Virus record (IMG/VR): IMGVR_UViG_3300033076_000328
Location: 1 to 46,708 of that record
Origin: a virus
Lineage: Duplodnaviria > Caudoviricetes
DNA length: 46,708 bases
Reading direction: 5' to 3' (one strand)
Position numbers and translations under genes: made by a program. The stretch's first letter is position 1, and every line of letters starts with the position of its first letter. Under the pieces are notes generated by a model. The model was not told where the DNA came from. It was given only the letters and a program-made list of their open reading frames with translations, and ran no database searches. Below are positions 43,300 to 46,708 of this stretch, piece after piece.

Positions 43300-45372
43300 A
43301 TGAACCAAGCCGCCCAAACCCTAGCCAGCCAAGGTCGGTATGGCGATACCATGCTGGTGCATATGTCCCCCAAAGAAGTGGGGGGGCTTCAGGCTCTTGC
43401 TCGGAGCAATGGCACTACCTTGACCATCAACCCAGCTACGGGTTTACCCGAAGCGTTTAGCCTGCGTAATCTCCTGCCGATGATCATTGGCGGTGGATTG
43501 ACGGCTTTGTCTGGGGGCACTCTGTCCCCTCTGACCGTAGGACTGATGACGGGTGGCTTGGGAGCCTTGGCTACCGGGAGCCTCCAACAGGGTCTTTTGA
43601 TGGGTCTAGGAGCCGCTGGAGGCGCTGGATTTGCCGGGTCGGCAGCAAACCTTGCCGCGCCTGCTGCGGCGGCTACAACGCCCGTTATTCCTGCCGCAGT
43701 GACCCCTGCTGCTGCTTTGTCTGAAGCTGCTGCAACTGCTGCTGCCCCGGGTCTTGTTTCTGCCGCCCCGGCGCTGACCCCGGCTACCTCGGTTGCCACA
43801 TCTCCGCTGTCGGCTGGGTTTGCTACCGCTCCGCAGGGCGCTTTGGGATCGGGAACTTTTGATACGCTTGGTAGCTTAACCAACATCAATCCCATGCAGC
43901 CTGCGTTTACACAGCCTTCTTTGGTTGGCGCAGGCGTTGGACCCAGCCCTGAAGTGAGTATGTTTGGTGCTGGTCAAATGCAGCCTCAAGCAGCACCTCT
44001 GTCTGTGGGTGACTTGGCTCCTTCTCCCCCAATAAGCGGTGGTATTGCCTCTCTCCCAACCGCAGCCTCTGAATATGGCTTGATGGCTCCTTCTGAACTG
44101 GTAGGAACCACAGCTCCAACTTCTTACTCAGATCGTTTGGGCGTAGGGTTTAAACAGGCAGTATCTTCGCCTGAAGCCTTTGGGAAGTATTTGTCTGGTA
44201 ACACCATGAACTTGGCAATGGGACTATCTCCAGCCTTGTTTGAGCAGCCTGAATACAGTGTCCCCGAAAGTAATGCCATGATTCGTCCGTATACCCTTGA
44301 GGTGGACAATCTGTCTGGTCGTCCAGTTTCTCCGACCGGGGTTGAGGAAGAGCGTCTGCGCTATCGGTATACCGCAGGAACTCCTTATCGTGCAGCCAAG
44401 GGCGGGATTATTGCCTTTGCAGACGGAGGAAATACCACTGACGGACAAGAGATAAACACCAGCCCCGTGCCAAATGTTTCTCCTCAAGTGGCTCAGGTAT
44501 ATCAATCTATTGCCCGTATTCAAGGGATGGCAGGATTACCTCAGTTGCAAATCCCTGCTTTTATGCCTTCGCAACCAAGCCCCGTAGCCCGTATTGCTCA
44601 ACGAGCATATCAACCGATCAGTTATCGGGAGCGTGATTATGGCGTTGCAATGCCTCTTGCAAGTCAATCTGAAACATTTAAAGGGTCAGAGGAAAAAAAG
44701 AAAGCTGCTGCTGATGCCGCTTTTACATATCCATGGGGTGACTTTGGCGGGGGCGGCAATGATGGTGGCATGGGCGGCTTTGGGTATGGTGGAGGGTTTG
44801 GAGCAACATCAGGCGAATTAGGTCCGGGCGCATCAGCGGCTGAAGCGGATGCAATCTCAAACGCTGCACACGCCGATGCTGTATCTGCTGCCGCTGCTGA
44901 AGGTTATGGGGCTTTCGGTGGTGGCAATACTGGCGGTGGTACGGACTACGGCTCTGATGGTTTTGGTAATTACGCCGAAGGCGGTCAAACCAAATACAAA
45001 GAAGTACGCAAGAAAATAGATCGCATGGAAGACCCGTACAAGTTTGCCGATTATCGTAGCGGCAGGGGCTTGTACGAGGCTGCACAGCAGAACTTTGCTG
45101 GTGGCGGGTTGAGCAATGTCCCCCGCTTTCTTTCGGGCGGTGGTGATGGGATGAGTGATTCCATCCCTGCAACCATCAATGGTAATCAGCCTGCTCGTTT
45201 GGCAGATGGAGAGTTTGTGATTCCTGCGGATGTAGTCAGCCATCTGGGTAATGGTTCCAGCAAGGCAGGAGCCAAGCAGTTGTATGCCATGATGGATCGT
45301 GTACGCAGCAAGAGGACAGGTAAGAAGAAACAGGCTCCTGCGGTCAATCCGAAGAAGATGATGCCTGTATGA
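43300..45372 (+). CDS. Internal virion / ejection protein (putative)
   Basis: GRYGDTMLVHM..INPATGLPEAF N-domain, Gly-rich hydrophobic stretch, A/P-rich linker, C-terminal GDGMSDSIPA...LADGEFVIPAD. Confidence 0.7.
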   Translation: MNQAAQTLASQGRYGDTMLVHMSPKEVGGLQALARSNGTTLTINPATGLPEAFSLRNLLPMIIGGGLTALSGGTLSPLTVGLMTGGLGALATGSLQQGLLMGLGAAGGAGFAGSAANLAAPAAAATTPVIPAAVTPAAALSEAAATAAAPGLVSAAPALTPATSVATSPLSAGFATAPQGALGSGTFDTLGSLTNINPMQPAFTQPSLVGAGVGPSPEVSMFGAGQMQPQAAPLSVGDLAPSPPISGGIASLPTAASEYGLMAPSELVGTTAPTSYSDRLGVGFKQAVSSPEAFGKYLSGNTMNLAMGLSPALFEQPEYSVPESNAMIRPYTLEVDNLSGRPVSPTGVEEERLRYRYTAGTPYRAAKGGIIAFADGGNTTDGQEINTSPVPNVSPQVAQVYQSIARIQGMAGLPQLQIPAFMPSQPSPVARIAQRAYQPISYRERDYGVAMPLASQSETFKGSEEKKKAAADAAFTYPWGDFGGGGNDGGMGGFGYGGGFGATSGELGPGASAAEADAISNAAHADAVSAAAAEGYGAFGGGNTGGGTDYGSDGFGNYAEGGQTKYKEVRKKIDRMEDPYKFADYRSGRGLYEAAQQNFAGGGLSNVPRFLSGGGDGMSDSIPATINGNQPARLADGEFVIPADVVSHLGNGSSKAGAKQLYAMMDRVRSKRTGKKKQAPAVNPKKMMPV

Positions 45373-45878
45373 ACACGCCAGAGTTTGATCGCTTAAATAA
45401 GTACATCCCCCTCTTTGAGAATTTTCTCAAAGGGAACAAGGAGGCTGTTTATTTTGTGGTCAGGGTATTTCGTGCTCTTCATGTATGGGATGATTTGATC
45501 GATAAAGACAAAAATGTCACAGATGATGAAATACATTCTGTCTTTACTGATTTACTGGTTGGTTTGCCTGCGGACAGGTTTTATCAATCCAACATCAATC
45601 TACTGCAAAGCACATTGATTAATGCAATTGTCAACTGGCATATTGCAAACAAACTGGAACGTGAGGGCGATGAGAAAGATAAATCCATCGCTTTTATTCT
45701 CAGAGGAGCATACATTGATGTATTGTCTGCCTCTGCCTTGATTGTTGGTGGAATGGATTGGGTGCGTGAGATTGGTCCAGATATCCGTAAATGGGCGCAT
45801 GAAGAAACCTTTGCCCAGTACCTGAAGAATTTTGAAGAAGAATGCGAGGCTCGCAATGCTAATCAAAACCAAGTTTGA
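45369..45878 (+). CDS. DDxxD-motif helical protein (isoprenoid-synthase-like fold?)
   Basis: HVWDDLIDKD; AT-richer than its flanks. Confidence 0.6.
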   Translation: MNTPEFDRLNKYIPLFENFLKGNKEAVYFVVRVFRALHVWDDLIDKDKNVTDDEIHSVFTDLLVGLPADRFYQSNINLLQSTLINAIVNWHIANKLEREGDEKDKSIAFILRGAYIDVLSASALIVGGMDWVREIGPDIRKWAHEETFAQYLKNFEEECEARNANQNQV

Positions 45879-46708
45879 AGGCTACACCCGAGACGGTTGC
45901 CGTGTTTACCCTTGTGATGGCGGCGGCGGTTCTGCTCCTGCACAGCCTACCCAGACTTCAACCGTCACCATTCCTGAGTATGCACAGCCATACATGGAGC
46001 GGTTGCTGGGCAAGACGGAAGCCCTGACAGATACCCCATATAAGCCTTATGGGGGCGAGAGGATTGCTGGTCCCAGCGATGTTCAACTTGGTGCCCGTGC
46101 CGATGTAGCTGGGATGCAGGCTCCGGGGCAATACGATGTTGCAACCGGCATGGCAGGTGCTGGCGGGATTGGTGCTTTGGGTGCTGGAGATCGGTACATG
46201 AGGGGAGTTACTGACCCCGGTACAACGCAAGCCTTTATGTCCCCGTATATGCAGAATGTGGTGGAGTTGCAGAAAGCTGCTGCTATCCGGGATGCACAAA
46301 AGACTCAGTTGGCGCAGAACCTTGGAGCGGCTCGTCAGGGGACTTACGGCGGCGCTCGTCAGTTGCTGGCAACCACAGAGCGAGAAAAAGCCTTGGGTGG
46401 ACAACTGGCAGATATCCAAGCCCGGGGCACTCAGGCTGCGTATGAGCAGGCTCTGAAGAATATGCAGTTCGGCACCGAGGCAGGTCTGAGGGGCGCTGGG
46501 ATCGGTATCCAAGGCGCTCAGACTCTGGGTCAGCTTGGCACTGCCCAGCAACAAGCTGCCCTTGATCTGGCAAAAGCGCAGGAAGCCTTTGGGTCTCTGG
46601 AAAGCGGAGAGCGTCAGAGAGCCTTGGATATGGCATATCAGGACTTCCTTGCCCAGCAGCAGTACCCGTATAAACAGCTTGGCTTCATGTCTGACTTGCT
46701 CCGTGGTT
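45856..46708 (+). CDS. DNA ejection/pilot-like protein, partial (runs off right edge)
   Basis: Read by hand: MLIKTKFEGYTRDGCRVYPCDGGGGS...IPEYAQPY...FMSPYMQNVV...; open to the window end, Q/A/G-rich. Confidence 0.8.
   Translation, partial: MLIKTKFEGYTRDGCRVYPCDGGGGSAPAQPTQTSTVTIPEYAQPYMERLLGKTEALTDTPYKPYGGERIAGPSDVQLGARADVAGMQAPGQYDVATGMAGAGGIGALGAGDRYMRGVTDPGTTQAFMSPYMQNVVELQKAAAIRDAQKTQLAQNLGAARQGTYGGARQLLATTEREKALGGQLADIQARGTQAAYEQALKNMQFGTEAGLRGAGIGIQGAQTLGQLGTAQQQAALDLAKAQEAFGSLESGERQRALDMAYQDFLAQQQYPYKQLGFMSDLLRG

Larger units (their letters stand above)
1178..44155. repeat. Dispersed palindrome GTTTAAAC, 16 copies
   Basis: Starts at 1178, 4138, 4373, 7075, 9114, 10054, 12153, 13748, 16891, 19244, 24433, 27587, 29434, 30744, 43271, 44148. 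Confidence 0.9.

Noticed and set aside
1178-44155. TTTAAAC as -1 frameshift slippery sites
   Set aside because: Sites are palindromic, occur in different frames and intergenically, and the host ORFs are intact
1346-46426. CCCGGG over-representation
   Set aside because: About 40 copies by eye, only around twice the compositional expectation; may be a by-product of GGCC avoidance and needs computation

Overview
The window is a single stretch of a tailed dsDNA phage genome (podovirus-like layout, roughly 55% GC by eye), truncated at both ends. The host is probably a freshwater proteobacterium, which is an inference from gene content. From left to right it contains: (i) a leftward recombination/replication block (DUF3310, RHH regulator, SSB-like, ERF, PD-(D/E)XK nuclease); (ii) a RusA-like resolvase, a highly structured ~730 bp non-coding region (C4-like RNA and further hairpins), a small HNH gene and a T7 gp4/Twinkle-type primase-helicase; (iii) a leftward early operon with a ~400 nt structured leader, a SprT-like protease, a MoxR/CobS-type AAA+ ATPase and a CobT-like partner split into metallopeptidase-like and vWA genes; (iv) a long rightward block with TerS, small genes, a LexA-DNA-binding-domain-only regulator, TerL, portal, GroES, scaffold, capsid and decoration proteins, a glycosyltransferase, Lys-rich small proteins, neck proteins, fibres, lysis genes, tail and ejection proteins. 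No integrase, DNA polymerase, tRNA or CRISPR array was seen. The most notable signals are: 16 copies of the palindrome GTTTAAAC; near-total absence of GGCC (2 copies found); three GAAC-N4-GTTC boxes, two inside promoter spacers next to the LexA-like gene; several unannotated structured RNAs, some with pseudoknots or covariation; and a recurring hydrophobic-x-x-GG motif in predicted internal virion proteins.
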